A model generated the notes under the pieces. The model ran no database searches and was not told the origin of the DNA. It saw nothing but the letters and a program-made list of their open reading frames with translations. This document shows positions 19,438 to 20,000 of a stretch of DNA of 20,000 bases, piece after piece. The DNA comes from Moniliella sp. 'wahieum' (lineage: Eukaryota), in assembly GCA_003971905.1 (NCBI GenBank), contig RSEE01000055.1, positions 433,579 to 453,578 of the forward strand, written 5' to 3'. Each line of letters begins with the position of its first letter. Within the stretch, counting starts at the first letter, position 1. The translations under genes and the position numbers were made by a program.

Positions 19438-19550
19438 AGTTCGGCACAGCGGATCACGAAAGACATAATTTAGTTATGATATAAAATACCTTCAAAAATG
19501 TCAGAGGAGTAATTTGCCGCGGGTGAGGCAATTTTGTCAGCGCGTGCAGT

Positions 19551-19680
19551 CAGTGACGTCGTCGATGTCACACCCTGAACGTCAGATATGTCCTCGATGT
19601 CATCCCCCTGCAGCAGTTATGTCGCCGACGTCACCCCTTGACGTCAGAAACGTCATTGACGTGCCCCGGGGACGTATCAG
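19551..19680. repeat. Degenerate ~31-33 bp tandem array (4 units) rich in GACGTC/GATGTC
   Basis: Units begin with CAG at 19551, 19583, 19614 and 19645. Confidence 0.75.
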
Positions 19681-19863
19681 AAGAATCTGATCCTCCTATG
19701 CTCGCTCTCCTGGGTTACTATTGGTATTACATTTTATACTACTACTCATTCTAGCACCATCGATGCAGTGCAATCGTCTTCGAGGGTACTTTTTGCATTG
19801 CGATGGGTCAATATGGATTGGGGGCTTGCCATTGAGAGGTCTTTGGAATGTATAGCCGCCAAA

Positions 19864-19998
19864 TCACTCTTCAGTCTCAGAGGCGTCTGTGCGGTCGTCG
19901 TCCTCGCCATCTGTGCCCTCAGCGCCAAAGAGATTGACTGCAGTCATCACAAACTCATTTGACAGTTTCGCTGTTCCGCCCGTATGACTGATTGCGGT
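19864..19998 (-). CDS. Possible 3' end of a gene entering from beyond the window (acidic C-terminal tail)
   Basis: An open frame from the window edge reads TAISHTGGTAKLSNEFVMTAVNLFGAEGTDGEDDDRTDASETEE*, with an AT-rich stretch downstream. Confidence 0.25.
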   Translation of the reverse strand, partial: TAISHTGGTAKLSNEFVMTAVNLFGAEGTDGEDDDRTDASETEE

Positions 19999-20000
19999 TG

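Noticed and set aside
15600..19500. Possible LTR, LINE or DNA transposon
   Set aside because: I recognised no RT, integrase, RNase H or DDE motifs and no terminal repeats. It is kept only as unassigned decayed sequence.
19551..19680. CRISPR-like array
   Set aside because: The units are contiguous degenerate repeats without unique spacers, in a eukaryotic context with no cas genes.

Overview
Gene-dense, GC-rich eukaryotic DNA from a basidiomycete fungus. Spliceosomal GT-AG introns with CTRAC-like branch points and an Ustilaginomycotina-like eIF5 suggest this placement (inference). Nearly every gene is broken by small deletions, mostly in homopolymers, which most likely reflects an unpolished assembly, so the ORF track fragments real genes. 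Left to right: the 3' part of a KRE6/SKN1 GH16 gene (+), a candidate ~420-nt structured RNA, an intron-containing tRNA-Ala(CGC), a divergent 4-exon DedA/VTT (TMEM41/Tvp38-like) gene (-), proteasome alpha4 PRE6 (-), a Nup98-family gene (+), TAF1 (+), eIF5 (-) with a 5' UTR intron and uORFs, and then about 4.5 kb of decayed or unassigned sequence with small repeat arrays. The most interesting feature is the Nup98-family gene: it has no FG repeats, three (possibly four) tandem GLEBS motifs, and a C-terminal autopeptidase-like domain lacking the HFS cleavage site.
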